Assembly: GCF_004010195.1 (NCBI RefSeq)
Contig: NC_057757.1
Span: 279,794-343,793, forward strand
Length of the DNA stretch: 64,000 bases
From: Chiloscyllium plagiosum
Lineage: Eukaryota
Direction: 5' to 3'
The translations under genes and the position numbers were made by a program. Of the stretch, positions 36,916 through 49,789 are shown one piece after another (positions within the stretch are counted from its first letter, which is position 1; every line of letters starts with the position of its first letter). The notes below the pieces were generated by a model that had not been told where the DNA came from, ran no database searches, and worked only from the letters and a program-made list of their open reading frames with translations.

Positions 36916-38780
36916 CTCTCCAATATAACAAACTGGAACCTTGCAATGGTCAGGAACCCAACCAAGGTCAATAGTTTGGAAGGCAGCTCTGCTTATCATT
37001 AGACCACCATCGCTCGGAACTTGGACAGAGGATGGTTGCTTTCATTGTCCAAACAGCTGCATCTCGGGGAGCCCCTGGGAATCAACTGCTCAAATTCCTG
37101 ACTCGGAATGACTGTGGATTTGAGCCCCCACTCCTGATCACGCAACCTCAGGGGATACTGTGAGTGCCAGGACTGAAGGAGCACTGCATGGTCAGGGTAC
37201 ATCAAGCTCAGGTCTGTGCACCCTCCCCTCCAGGCAGGTGTTAAAGGAATCCACAGCCACTACTTGGAAGAGGGGCAGGGATTTTCACCGATCCTCATTA
37301 CTGATATTCATCCACCAGCCAACGAGGAAGTGGATGGTACGCAGTGCAAGATTACATTTGTGGGATCTTGCTGTGCCTGACTGGGCACTTGAGTCCCCCG
37401 CATCACACTAGGGACTACTCGATAACAAAACATTTCAGGAGGCTTTGAGCAGTGTGGAGCAAAACACACACCCGAAACGTAGATTCTCCTGCCCCTCGGA
37501 TGCTGCCTGACCGGCTGTGCTCTCCCAGCCAGGAGCAAGCTGTTCGCTTCTAATTGGTGCTTGTCATGCCAACAGAGAACAAACTGCACAAGGAACACAC
37601 AAAGCCACACGCACATCTGCAACCTACTCCCTTACCCTCACTCCCACATGCCCGACCAGGCAGGCAGTCTGAAGTCTTGCTTCCCAATGGAACCTAATCG
37701 GGTGTCAACTAGAAACAAAACCAAACAGCCATTCGTCCCCAATGCTGACCCACCTAGATTTATCTCCGGGCAACTGATTGGGGGGGGGGGCAAAAGTCCA
37801 GGAGAGAAATCAGAGAGAGGGTATCAAACAAACCTATGTGGTTACTTCATCTCAATGTTACATTTTCCTTCCATAATAACAAAACCATTGGAGGCAGGAG
37901 GCTGGTTCACACACACAAGAGCCCAAATGGGTAATGTGTTTCTCTGTGGAGTTGTGTCGGGTGTGGAACAGAAGAAGGCCATTCAGCCCAGCTGGTCCAT
38001 TCCACTATTCAACGAGATCATGGCTGAATTGATAGTCCCCAACATTTTCCTTCCCCATAATCCTTGCTTCCCTTTCCAATTGAAAACTTGTTTACCTCAG
38101 CCTTGAATATACTTCATGACCCAGTCCTCTGCAGTTGAGAATTCCACTGATTCACCACTGTCAGAAAAGAAATTCCTCCTTGTCTTTGTCTACAATGGGT
38201 GACTCCTGCCCCCGCACCCCGCCCCCCCCCACAAAGCTGCGAGATGATGCCTTGATCCCAGACCCTCCCTATGGCGAGGGGGTGAAAACCTCTGCACAGT
38301 CTCATAAGGGCATGAGAGATGCTGAGACTGTTGTCCTCAGAGAGGAGAGGATTGAGGGGAGATAGAGACGTGCAAGATCACGAGGGGTCGGCACGGAGTC
38401 AACAAGGAGAAATTGTTTCCCTTGGGAAACGTTTCAGGAATCAGACGGAATTGATTCAAGGTAATTAGCAAAACGACCAACAGCAACATGAGAGAAAAAA
38501 AAGTTTCTTCATGTGAGCGATTCAGGTGTGGAACACCCAGCCTGAGTGTGGTAGAGGCAGGTTCACTGATGACTTTCAAAAAGCAATAGATAACCACGTG
38601 AAGAGACAAGTTTGCAGAGGGTTACAGAGAAAAGGCAGGCAAGTGAGATTTGGAGAGGTACACTTACAAAGAGCCGGTACAGACACATCAGGCCAAATGG
38701 CCTCCTTCTACGTAGCAACTACTTGATGATCGTGAGGCCTTCTCCCATCCCTGTAATCCTATCCTCCTCTCACAGTTAAA

Positions 38781-39285
38781 CTGTAGCTCAGTAGATCCGA
38801 GGAGCAGGAGAGCCGACGTTTCGAGCAAAAGCCCTTCATCAGGAAACCTCCAGCACCACAGTCTCGACTCTGATCTCCAGCAGCTGCAGTCCTCACTTTC
38901 TGCTGTAGCTCAGTAGGTGGCACTTTGAAAGCTCTGAAGCATTAGGTTTTGGGTCTACGACAGGACTAAAGCCATCGAATCAGGTACTGATGGGCTGTTG
39001 CATGAGGAGAGGCATTTTCCTAAATTGAGGCATTAACCAGAGATTCCCATCGGCCTGCTCTCAGATCTAAAACATTCCATCACATTATTCCAAAGAGTCC
39101 ATGTCTTGACCAACGAGCATCCCTCAATCAACATCCCTCAATCAAAACAGATGACAGTGAGAGCTTGCTGTGCACTAATTGGCAGCCGCGTCCTCTACAT
39201 TACAACGGAACTCCACCTCAAAGGAAGTCCTTCACTGACTGTAAAACAATGCAAAGCCCTAATAAATGCAGGTGCTTTTGTTTCT
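38781..39285 (+). mobile_element. Decayed Deu-domain SINE, single seed unit
   Basis: GTAGCTCAGTAGG head, GGTACTGATGGG seed, AGCTTGCTGTGCAC-AATTGGCAGCCGCG-TACATTACAAC, ATAAATGCA tail. Confidence 0.7.
38795..38902. mobile_element. Family A mini-element with internal inversion and intact hammerhead core on minus strand (38812-38845)
   Basis: Exact 14-bp TSD CTGTAGCTCAGTAG at 38781-38794 and 38903-38916; minus strand CTGATGA-A-GGGC-TTTT-GCTC-GAA-ACGT-C. Confidence 0.85.
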
Positions 39286-40741
39286 CTCCCTCATCTCTCA
39301 CGTGTTTACCCAGCTTCCCCTCAAGTGCCATCAGTTACACATTCTCACTACTCTCTAGTTGATGAAGTTTCTCAGGAATTCCCTTCAGGATTTCTTAGTG
39401 GCTGTCTGATGTTGACGGCCCCCAGTCCTGGCTCTCCCCTCACAAGTTGAACCACCTTCCTTCATGTCTAATCCTTTCACTGAAAGGCCTCCGTCAGACT
39501 AATCCTTGGCCTGTGCCACTTTTCCTGATTGTCATATCCTCTCAACTCTTCTTCCTATCACAATTGCCTAATAGGATGGTAATGCCACATGGATGGTCAT
39601 CTAATGACAGGATGTGAGCTAGTTTGAGGATGAAGGTCAGAGGTTTACCAAGAGGAAGTCCAGTGACAGTATACAACAGCTGAGGAGAGCATAGGCTAGA
39701 TTTGAAAATTCCCCAATCCACAGCACACGGTAAAGTCGCAATGGGAGAACTACAAATAAAATACAGTGACCAAAATCACTGGCTCAAAACCCCACAGAAC
39801 TTGAAAAGTACTGATTCCTTCAATCAAGGCAGAAGTGATGGGTTGGCCAAAATGGAAAATCACACCCAACTGCAACAGAATCAGACTGCAACCACCACCA
39901 TTAACTACTGAAGCCACAGCAGGGGCAGGGGTGTGTGTGTTTTAACACCAAATCCGTCATCCCTCCCTCCCCACTCAACAACTACAATGGCCCCCAGCAT
40001 TCTGCCCACACAATGAGTTACTGTAATCACAGGAGTGGCTCTAACAGCGGGCCCCGCATCCATGTTTTAAGATGCCCTGTTGCCAAAGTAGCACAAAATT
40101 CCACCTCTCTCCACCATACCACTCCTCCACCATCATCACCACCCCTACCCACACATACATGCCAGTGCGCATGCACACACATTCTCTCACATACACACAT
40201 GTGTGCGCACACACACACAGACTCTCACTGGGGTACAGTCACACACACAAGATCTTCACATTCCACCATCCCTGTTGATCCAAGGAATGCCGCCTCCAAC
40301 ACCTACCCATCCCTCTGTAACCACAAGCCACCCCATCCTCTCCATCACCATGGCCATTACTGCACCCAATCGCGTACCCAAAACCAAATTCCGTGGCCCA
40401 GAGGCAACACAAGTGAGGGGAGCAGCAAGGCCTAGGGTGAGAGGAAAGAGGACCTGACAGTGGCTGTGGCTAGCCAGAAAGCTCATGCCCTGCTCAAACA
40501 CACTGCTCTGACCACAGCAAACTGCCAGGGAGCAACATCGGGATTCTGAACCTAGCTGGGGTAAGAGGTGGAGGTGGTGGGGACTGTGAGGTAGGACTGA
40601 TCTGTTAGACGACAATTTACTTCCCAAATTCGTCAGGATCAGAATTACGACAGTTTCAATACAGATTTAAGCGATTTTTTTTGCAGTTTTCATTGAGGGA
40701 AAAGCACCATCTTTCTTGTCTACAACACCCACAGCTTCTCA

Positions 40742-41414
40742 ACACACACAGAGACATACACACAGACACACACTCACACACAGAGACACACACACACAGA
40801 CACACACTCACACACAGACTCACACACACACACACACACACACTCCTATGGTTCTTTGTTCATTCTGCCACAGAAAATGCACACTAGCTAATGCACACAA
40901 AAGCAGGTGATTATTCCCTTCAAGTCCAACCTTTAAAATAGTTCAATTCAATTAATTACCAAACAATTAATTTTCTGCCTCGGTCTCTCCCTCGGATTGT
41001 AAATTTATCAAGCAAAACCTCATATGTATTCCCCCACCCCACAAACACACACACATACATACACACTCTCTCTCTCTCTCTCTCTATCTCTCCCCAGACA
41101 GGGTTTGTTCCCTCTTCCTGTCAAACAGCCAGGCACAAATCAGAGGGCAGTGAATATTTTGAACTGATGCAGCAGAGCGGTAGGGACAGGAAGGAAGAGA
41201 TTTGGAGGATAAATGATAAAAAGGCATCCAAAGACTTAGGAGGCCTCAACAGGAGCCTGAATGGTCGTATGAAAGCCGGACACTGCGAGAACCAAGTGTG
41301 ATAGATGAGCCATCTATCTGCGGCTTCTCACACACCAGCCTCAGCATCCCTGATGGATCACACATGCTGGAGGAAAGCAGGAGAGAGAGAGAGAGAGAGA
41401 GACACAGACACAGA

Positions 41415-41456
<42 letters not shown>

Positions 41457-41483
41457 AGAGAGAGTGGGAGACACACACACACA
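40742..41483. repeat. (CA)n/(GA)n/(CT)n microsatellite cluster at the 5' end of the alpha intron
   Basis: Tracts at 40742-40843, 41045-41091 and 41382-41483. Confidence 0.9.
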
Positions 41484-41588
41484 CCATCAAAAAAGCCTTG
41501 AAGTGAGGAAGGACATAAAGAGTCTTCGACATTTCAGCAACTTGTGGGATTTTGCAAGCAATGTAATCAAGAATAAAAGACCCCTTAC

Positions 41589-41618
41589 CTTTGTGGTGAC
41601 TATACAGAGACAATCCAT
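41589..41618 (-). CDS. DLG4: DLG4/PSD-95 alpha-isoform first coding exon, MDCLCIVTTK (palmitoylation motif Cys3/Cys5)
   Basis: ATG GAT TGT CTC TGT ATA GTC ACC ACA AAG|GTAAGG is the PSD-95 alpha N-terminus. Strong Kozak (AGAATGG), in-frame TAG 3 nt upstream, consensus phase-0 donor. Not in the ORF track because it is too short. Confidence 0.95.
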
Positions 41619-42480
41619 TCTCTAAGATGAAACAGGTGGCCGTGGCTTCAGAAGGGGGGTTGCGTGCATCGGAAACTGTGGGATTTGGGGGCATACAGGC
41701 AAGAGGTGGCTGATCTCCAGTGTTGAGTGCTGTGAGCGTGTGTGTGTGTGTCTGTGTCAGTGTGTGTGTCAGTGTGTGTGTGTGTCAGTGTGTGTCTGTG
41801 TGAGAAAAAGATGTGTGGGAGTGAACAAGAGGGGGACGGTTCATTTATTCCAAATATTGGAGAGAGGTATCTTTTTGTTTCGACCGGGGAACGGAACCTG
41901 CTTGGCTTCTGAGAGCGGAAGGTGAATTTGTTCATTAATGACTGGAAGAGTGGGGGAGGTTGAGGAGGAGGAGGAGGAGGTGGATTAGGAGGAGGGTGTG
42001 TATGAGTGTGTGTATGTGAGTGCAGTGTGTGCGAGTGTGTGTGTGTGAGGATTGATACGAAAGAAGAAAAGAAAAGGGAGCGAGTGGGGAGGGAGGAAAA
42101 AGAGGAGTAGAAGGAAAGGGAAGATTACCCACTGTGTGCGTGTGTGTGTGTGTATGTGTGTGTGTATGTGTGTGTGTGTGGTGTGTGCGTCTCTCTCGCG
42201 CTCTCTCTCTCTCTTGGCCCAGAGAAACTGGATCGAAATCTAATTATCATTACAACAGCTTTGTTCAGCCACTTAAAGGGAGGCGGCTATTGCTCTCAGG
42301 GGATGGGACAAGCAGCCAAGATGAAGATCAGAAAGGTAGTCACAGAGTGGAGGACGGGGAGCACGCATCTCGATTTAGAATGCCTCCCCTTTTGTACTGA
42401 TTGTCCTTCCAAGAAATACTCCCAAAACAGTTAACATGTTCCTTCTAGCTCCAATGGCCCCTTTAATGGGATTTATTTAA
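41619..42480 (-). promoter_or_regulatory. Probable 5'UTR and promoter of the PSD-95 alpha isoform
   Basis: Transposon-free island immediately upstream of the alpha ATG, with (CA)n/(CT)n tracts and polypyrimidine runs on the sense strand. The TSS is not determinable from sequence. Confidence 0.6.
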
Positions 42481-42741
42481 TGTGAACACAAAGCGCCCAG
42501 TATGTTGGCAAGACGACCAGTTTTCATGCCCTCCTGATGTTGCGCGCATACACACACCCACGCCACACACACACACACGACACACATGCATTCACACCAC
42601 ATGCACACACCCACATGCTCACGCAAGTGTTCACCACCCCAGCTATGAGTTGCAGGGCATTTGAATTTGAAGTGGGTAGGGGGAAAGAATGGGATGTGGG
42701 CATTGCTGTCTCCACACCAACCGCAGTTACAGCTCCCAGCC

Positions 42742-42960
42742 AGAGTCATAGAGATGTACAGCACGGAAACCGACCCTTCGGTCCAAATCGTCCATGCTGA
42801 CCAAATATCCCAACCTAATCTAGTCCCATTTGCCAGCACTTGGACCATATCCCTCCAAACCCTTCCTATTCATGTCCCCATCCAGATGCCTTTCAAATGC
42901 TGTAATTGTACCAGCCTCCACCACTTCCTCTGGCAGCTCATTCCATACACGTACCACCTT
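42742..42960 (-). mobile_element. CR1 3' tail
   Basis: AGAGTCATAGAG tail and WNELPEEVV on the minus strand. Confidence 0.85.
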
Positions 42961-43614
42961 AAGTCACCAGCCCACAGCCAGGACCAGGTAAACCTGACGT
43001 GATTATCCCTCCTCACAGAACACACACAGCCCTCCTCCCAGCACGCCCCTACCAAAAGCATCAGAACCAATCACAGCCTCTGCAGCAAAGACAACGATTG
43101 ACAAACTCACTGTTTCCATATTGACTTTAGCCCAGAGGAATCTCAGTACTTCAGCAAATATCAAAGGTCGTGAGGAGATACTAGAGACAGATGACCAAAG
43201 GTTTGGTAAAAGACTTCAGTTTTTGGGGAGTATCTTAAAGTAAAGTTAGAGAGGGACTCCAAAGAGAGTTCCCAAACTGAGGGAATGATGCATTACTTGA
43301 AATCAAGAATACACAATGCTTTCTGATAAGATGTCAAGCTGAGACATCAGAGATCCCAAGGATGACGATTTCCAAGAAATGCGGGAATGTTTTTTGCAAT
43401 GCCTTTCAACCTATGTTTAAGCCTTGGATCATTGAATCTTCACAAGACAACAGGGTGTCACACACAGGCTAGAGTGCCTGTCAGGTTCTCCAAACAATCA
43501 AATGACAAACCGCTCAAAAACACTCACATATCATTTAACCAAGTCATTTCTTTACCTCATCAAGAAAACAGAAATCAGTGCACAGGGCAGTAATAAAACA
43601 AGTTTCCATTTTTA

Positions 43615-44105
43615 CAATCCACTATCCCCATCAAACACTACCAGGAGTGTGGGGGGACAGCAGACGGTTAGATACAGAGTAAGGTTCCTTCTACTCACAA
43701 ACTTAAGATAAACTGAATGTAAAGCTCACTCTACACTGTCCCCCATCAAACACTCCCAGGAGAGGGACAGCACGGGGTTAGATACAGAGTAAAGCTCCCT
43801 CTACACCATCCTCCATCAAACACTCCCAAGATAGGACAGCACGTGATTAGATACAGAGTAAAGCTCCCTCCACACTATCCCCACTGAACAGTCCCAGGTC
43901 AGGAACAGCGCAGGGTTAGATACAGAGTGAAGCTTTCTCTACTCTTTTGAACTGAAAGTAAAGCTCTCTCAACACTCTGCCTCATCAAACACTCCCAGGA
44001 CAGGTACACCATAGGGACAGATACTGATTAAATCTCCCTCTACACTCTCCTCCATCAAACACTCCCAGGACAAGGACAGTGTAAGGTTTAGGTATGGACT
44101 AAAGT
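43615..44105 (+). repeat. ~70-bp minisatellite, ~6 diverged copies
   Basis: Same unit as 7460-8035. Confidence 0.85.
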
Positions 44106-45249
44106 AATTAGTTCTTAAATTGAAACACCGAGGTGAAGACACAAGACCTTTAGTGCAACTTGTACTAAGATTGCCGATGACAATACACTTAGATATAACC
44201 GTTAAAACAACACTAAGTGTGTTTTTAGATATGCAGGAGGTAAGAAATGGGATCTTGCTGCATGCTGGTCGTCTGGCGTGGTTGTTACATTACAACAGTG
44301 ACTACACATTGTAAGGCATTTTTGAAAGACTTGAGGTGGTGCAAGGAGCTTTTCAAATACAAGTTTTCTCTCTTTTTCAGCTGGACAGGAGCGACTCGCA
44401 GTGTGGTGTTAAATAAACCACTCACTGAGTGCATTCCACATCTAAATGGTAAGGAAGTGAATTGATTCCGTTTGACAATGGCTCCCTCGGGAAGTGAATG
44501 GACTGGGCCTCTACCCCTCGACATGAAATGTGCTGAACTCCTGATGTCATCAGCAGAACAGTTCATTCTGAAATAGGGTAAATCAAAATCGTTGAAAACT
44601 GGGATTCGGGAATGTGCGGACCCTGGTTTCTTTGCTAACCTGAAATTGACACCAACTCTGCTTGAATGAACTTAGCTCCAAGTAACACTGAAGTCAGAAA
44701 ATGAGTTTAAAATGCACATTGCCCATCGTGGTGTGGTCTCCTGGTCAAGTGCAGGTCTGTGGGCTCTGGCTGCTGTCAGGTTACTGAGGTACTGAAAGTA
44801 CTTTAAAAACTAATTAAATAATTATGTCAGAAACCTTGTTGAAACAAGAATCTGATTAAAGATTGAACTCCAGGGTTTAACAAAAGATTTAATTATCAAA
44901 ACTGATAGAAGATATCAATCTTATAATGTGTGCTTCCAGCTGGCCCTTTCATTGGGATTTTTCTGTGTGTGTGTTTTTATCCATTGGTTGTTTTGCAGAG
45001 AATTAAAGAAACATTTTAGAGTCTTGCTTAACTTTGACCTCAGTCCCCATGGCCTGAGGTCCCAGTCAGGACAATGATTCCCGTCTGTCATTCCCACGCT
45101 CCCCAATCATTGCAAGGGACTTGTTCCTTCTCAAATCTGCAGCAGTCTTTGTTCTATCAGCCACAGCTCAACAGGTAACACTCTCACCTCTAGGTCAGCA
45201 TCTAGCTTCAATCCATAGACTTGAGCTCCATAGCATAGAGCGATAATCC

Positions 45250-46966
45250 CAGTGCAGTGCTGAGGGAGTGCCACACTGTCGGAGGGTCAATGCTGAGGGA
45301 GTGGGCACTGTCGGAGGGTCGGTGCTGAGGGAGTGTTGCATTGTCGGAGGGTTAGTGCTGAATGAGTGGGCACTGTCGGAGGGTCAGTTCTGAAGGAGTG
45401 GGCACTGTCGGAAGATCAGCGCTGAGGGAGCGCCGCACTGTTGGAGGGTCAGCACTGAGGGAGTGCCGCACTGTTGGAGGGTCAATACTGAGGGAGTGGC
45501 CACTATTGGAGCGCAGCACTGAGGGAGTGGACACTGTCAAAGGGTCAATGCTGAGGGAGCACCGCACTGTTGGAGGGTCAGTGCTGAGGGAGTGGGCACT
45601 GTCAGAAGGTCAGTGCTGAGGGAGCACCGCACTGTGGGAGGGTCAGCGCTGAGGAAGCGTTGCACTGTCAGAGGGTCAGTGCTGGGAGAGCACCGCATTG
45701 TCGAAGGGTCAATGCTGAGGTAGTGCCGCATGGTCGGATGTTCAGTGCTGAAGGAGCACCGAACTGTCAGATGGTCAGTGCTGAGGGAGTGCCACACTGT
45801 CAGAGTGTCAGTGCCACACTGTCGGAGGGTCAGTGCCACACTGTCGGAGGGTCAGTGCTGAGGGAATGGGCACTGTCGGAGGTGGTGGGCACTGTTGGAG
45901 GCTCAGGGCTGAGGGAGTGGGCACTGTCGAAGGGTCAATGCAGAAGGAATCAGCACTGTTGGAAGGACAATACTGAGGGTCTGGGCACTGTCGGAGAGTC
46001 AATGCCAAGGGAGTGGGCACTATTGGAAGATCAGTGCTGAGGGATTGTCGCATTGTCAGAGAGTCAATACTGAGGCAGTGCCAAACCATCAGAGGGTTAA
46101 TACTGAGGGAGTGCCACACTGTCGGAGAGTCAATGCTGAGAGAATGGGTACTGTCAGAGGATCAGTACTAAGGGAGCTAGCATTGTCAGAGAATCAGTAC
46201 TGAGGGAGCGGGCAGTTTTGGAGGGTCAGTGCTGAGGGAGTGGGCATTATCGGAGGGTCAGTACTGAGGGAGCGGGCACTTTTGGAGGGTCAGTGCTGAG
46301 GGAGCACCGCACTGTCAGAGGGTCAGCGCTGGGGGGGCAAGCACTGTTGGAGAGTCAGTACTGAGAGAGCAGGCAGTTTTGGAAGGTCAGTGCTGAGGGA
46401 GTGGGCATTATCGGAGGGGCAGTACTGAGGGAGCGGGCACTGTTGGAGGGTCAGTGCTGAGGGAGCGGGCACTTTTGGTGGGTCAGTGCTGAGGGAGTGG
46501 GCACTTTTGGAGGGTCAGTGCTGAGGGAGTGCTGCACTGTCGGAGGGTCAGTGCTGAGGGAGGGCCGCACTGTTGGATGGTCAGTGCTGAGGGAGCACCG
46601 CATTGTCAGAGAGTCAGTACTGAGGGAGCGGGCACTTTGGGAGGGTCAGTGCTGAGGGAGTGCTGCACTGTCGGAGGGTCAGTGCTGAGGGACAGCTGCA
46701 CTGTTGGAGGGTCAGTGCTGAGGAAGTTGGCACTGTCGGAGGGTCAGTACTGAGGGAGCGGGCACTTTTGGAGGGTCAGTGCTGAGGGAGCAGGCACTGT
46801 CGAAGAGTCAGTGCTGAGGGAGCGGGCACTTTTGGAGGGTCAGTGCTGAGGGAGTGCTGCACTGTCGGAGGTTCAGTGCCGAGGGAGTGTCGCACTTTTG
46901 GAGGGTCAGTGCTGAGGGAGTGCTGCACTGTTGGAGGGTCAGTGCTGAGAGAGCGCTGCACTGTTG
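45250..46966 (+). repeat. 32/33-bp minisatellite, ~53 copies, inside a Deu-domain SINE (~45160-47080)
   Basis: SINE head ...AGACTTGAGC...CCCAGTGCAGTGCTGAGGGAG leads directly into the array; decayed SINE remainder follows. Confidence 0.95.
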
Positions 46967-47094
46967 TGGCTGTCATCTAAACTGTTTCCCAGTACGGAGT
47001 GTGAAGGTTCACATTTTAAGGAGGAGAGTGAGGTGTTGTCTCATGGCCTGATGTACTCCTCAACCAATCATAAACCAGTTACCCTTCTTTAAAC

Positions 47095-47380
47095 TCATTT
47101 ATGGAATGTGGGCGTTCCTGGTTGGACCAACGTTTATTGCCCAGAAGGCAGTCAAGAGTCAACCACATTCTGGTGGATATGGAGTCACGAGTGCGCCAGG
47201 TTGGATCAGGATGGCAGATTTTCCTCTCTCAAGGATTTTAGTGAACCCGGTGGGGTTTTTCTGACAATTGATAGTGGTCAGTGTTCGTCATTAGATGACT
47301 AGTTTTTTTTCAAAAATACCATCATAGCATAGGATTGGAAGCCAGGTCCCCATCAGTGCCATTACCACCACACCACTATC
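47095..47380 (-). mobile_element. tRNA-derived SINE, family not named (other copies ~47860-48030, 59590-59790 on +, 62250-62570)
   Basis: Recurrent TTGCCCAGAAGG..AAGAGTCAACCACATT...TTAGTGAACC block; tRNA-like head visible at 62485-62570. Confidence 0.6.
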
Positions 47381-48029
47381 TCATTGCAGCCTGGTGTTCA
47401 CCAATACTTTGTATTTGCCCTACTGAACAAAATACCCAACAATCTCAGCTTGTGGCACTCTTTTCTAAGTAACGTTGCTAGTTATCACTGCTTGGTGCAG
47501 GATTCACAAAGATTCAAGGTAGGGAGCACCCAGGTTTTGGAGAGGGTTGCCAATGGTTCATAGTTTGGCCAGTGAGGATTTGAAGATGCAGAGAGTGAAC
47601 GCCACAGCTCAGTGAAGTGTATAAAGCACTGTTCGAGAGAGCCTGCTGAGACGTGAAGGTGTGGGGGCAATCAGTAGGAAGCCAGCACTGCCTGGACCAA
47701 TGGGACAGTGAAGACGTTCCATTCCCCGATTGGATAACGGACATTAGTCCACCAGCCTTTGAAAAGGACAAGGCTTTTTCCCTGACTTTCCCCCTCAGAT
47801 TTTGGTTGGTGTGTTGTTTGAAGAAATCTTGTATTCCAACAGACTTTTCTTTTCACATTTATTAATGGGTCAGGTGTGGCTGTCTAGGCTGCCAGTTATT
47901 ACCCAGAGGTAACTTATCAGTCAACCACATCACTACAGCGTGGAGTTACATGCAGGGCAGATCAGATAATGTTGGATGATTCTCTTCTCTCAAAGAACAA
48001 CAGTAAATCAGACAGGTATTTACAACAAA

Positions 48030-48870
48030 CATAAATGATTTGGATGTGAACATAGGAGGTGTGGTTAGTAACTTTGCAGAAGATACCAAAATTCGAGGTA
48101 TAGTGGACAGTGAGGAAGGTTACCTCAGATTAAAACAGAACCTTGATCAAATGGGCCGAGGAGTGGCAGATGCAGTTTAATTTAGATAAATGTGAGGTGC
48201 TGCATTTTGGGAAGGCAAGGACTTACACACTTAATGGTAAGGGAGTGTTGCTGAACAAAGAGACCTTGGGGACCAGGTTCATAGCTCCTTGAAAGTGGAG
48301 TCGCAGGTAGATAGGATAGTGAAGAAGGTGTTTGGTATGCTTGCCTTTATTGGTCAGAGTATTGAGTACAGGAGTTGGGAGGTCATGTTGCGGCTNNNNN
48401 NNNNNNNNNNNNNNNNNNNNNNNNNNNNNNNNNNNNNNNNNNNNNNNNAGGCTGGGGCTGTTTTCCCTGGAACATCGGAGGCTGAGGGGTGACCTTATAG
48501 AGGTTTATAAAATCATGAGGGGCATGTATAGGGTAAATTGACAAGGTCTTTTCCCTAGGGTGGAGGAGTCCAGAACTAGAGGGCATAGGTTTAGGGTGAG
48601 AGGGGAAAGATATAAAAGGGATCTAAGAGGCAACGTTTTCACACAGAGGGTGGTGCGTGTATGGAATGAGTTGCCAGCGGAACTGATAGACGTTGGTACA
48701 ATTGTAACATTTAAAAGGCATCTGGATGGGCATGTGAATAGGAAGGGTTGAGATGGATATTGGCCAAATGCTGGCAAATGCGACTAGATTAGGTTAGGAT
48801 ATCTGGTCGGCGTGGACGAGTTGGGCCGAAGGGTCTGTGCCCGTGCTGTACATCTCTATGACTCTATGAC
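48030..48870 (+). mobile_element. CR1 RT C-terminal half and tail
   Basis: INDLD, NFAEDTK, KCEVLHFG, RLRGDLIEVYKIMRG. Confidence 0.92.
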
Positions 48871-49789
48871 TATAACAGCAATTACATGAGCCTCGCCTTT
48901 TATTTCGGATCTGGGAGAATCTGGGACTGGTGATGGGCAGGTTTTGGACTTGGGACAGGGCCAAGTCTGACTGCATGCACACTCAGTCCCCCAACATTTA
49001 CTTAGTGCTGTCCACAGAATAAGCCCAGCACACCACACCCTGAACTCCCCACAGTTCCTCCACCTCACACACCAGCTCTTGACACAGGCCAGGCACTGGG
49101 ATATAGTAAGTTCCAGTTTGAAACACCTAACCTACATGCCTGGAGAACAAGATGAGCTATGCCCCTGACTATTTAAAGGTCAGATCGCTCATGGTACACT
49201 CAACATCAAGACTTCCACCTGAAGGCTGGTCATTTGGGTCTATCGCAAGCATTAATCACTGTCCAGAGGTGAGAAATAGCATTAAACACATTCTGCAGAG
49301 CAGCGTGCAGCCTATCCCGGGAATGGATAATGATCAAGGCTGGGTGTGTGCAATTTAGAGGGATGGCTATTATATTCTCAAAATGGCTTTGTCATCATCG
49401 ACCCAGCTCCTCGATGAATCATCAGTTTCTGCCCTGTCACTTTTATTATTGGCTAATTACACAGGCCAACACCATCAGCATGATAAACAACAGCCCTGCT
49501 CAGGAACAACTCCAACACATAGTTCAAAACAACCATGCAGAACATGGACGACCTCAGGACATTGCAACACATCTTAAACTCAAGGTTAAACTGTGCTCCC
49601 CAATGCAATGTAAGCAGCCAATATACACACAGCAAGCACTTATACACAGCAACCTAACAACCAGAAGGTCACTGATTCATTATTCATGATGATCCAGAGA
49701 GAAGTACTGGCCCCAGGGCACTGGGAGAAAACATTTCCATTGTGTCAAAAGAGTGACCGCGAGAGGCGTCCTTCAGTTCTCACATCGTG

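Noticed and set aside
41341..41694. ORF MPPNPTVSD... as the gene's first coding exon
   Set aside because: The recognisable PSD-95 start is in another frame (41618); retained only as an overlapping uORF.
47514..47771. Minus-strand ORF as an additional DLG4 exon
   Set aside because: No convincing donor and no similarity to DLG proteins.
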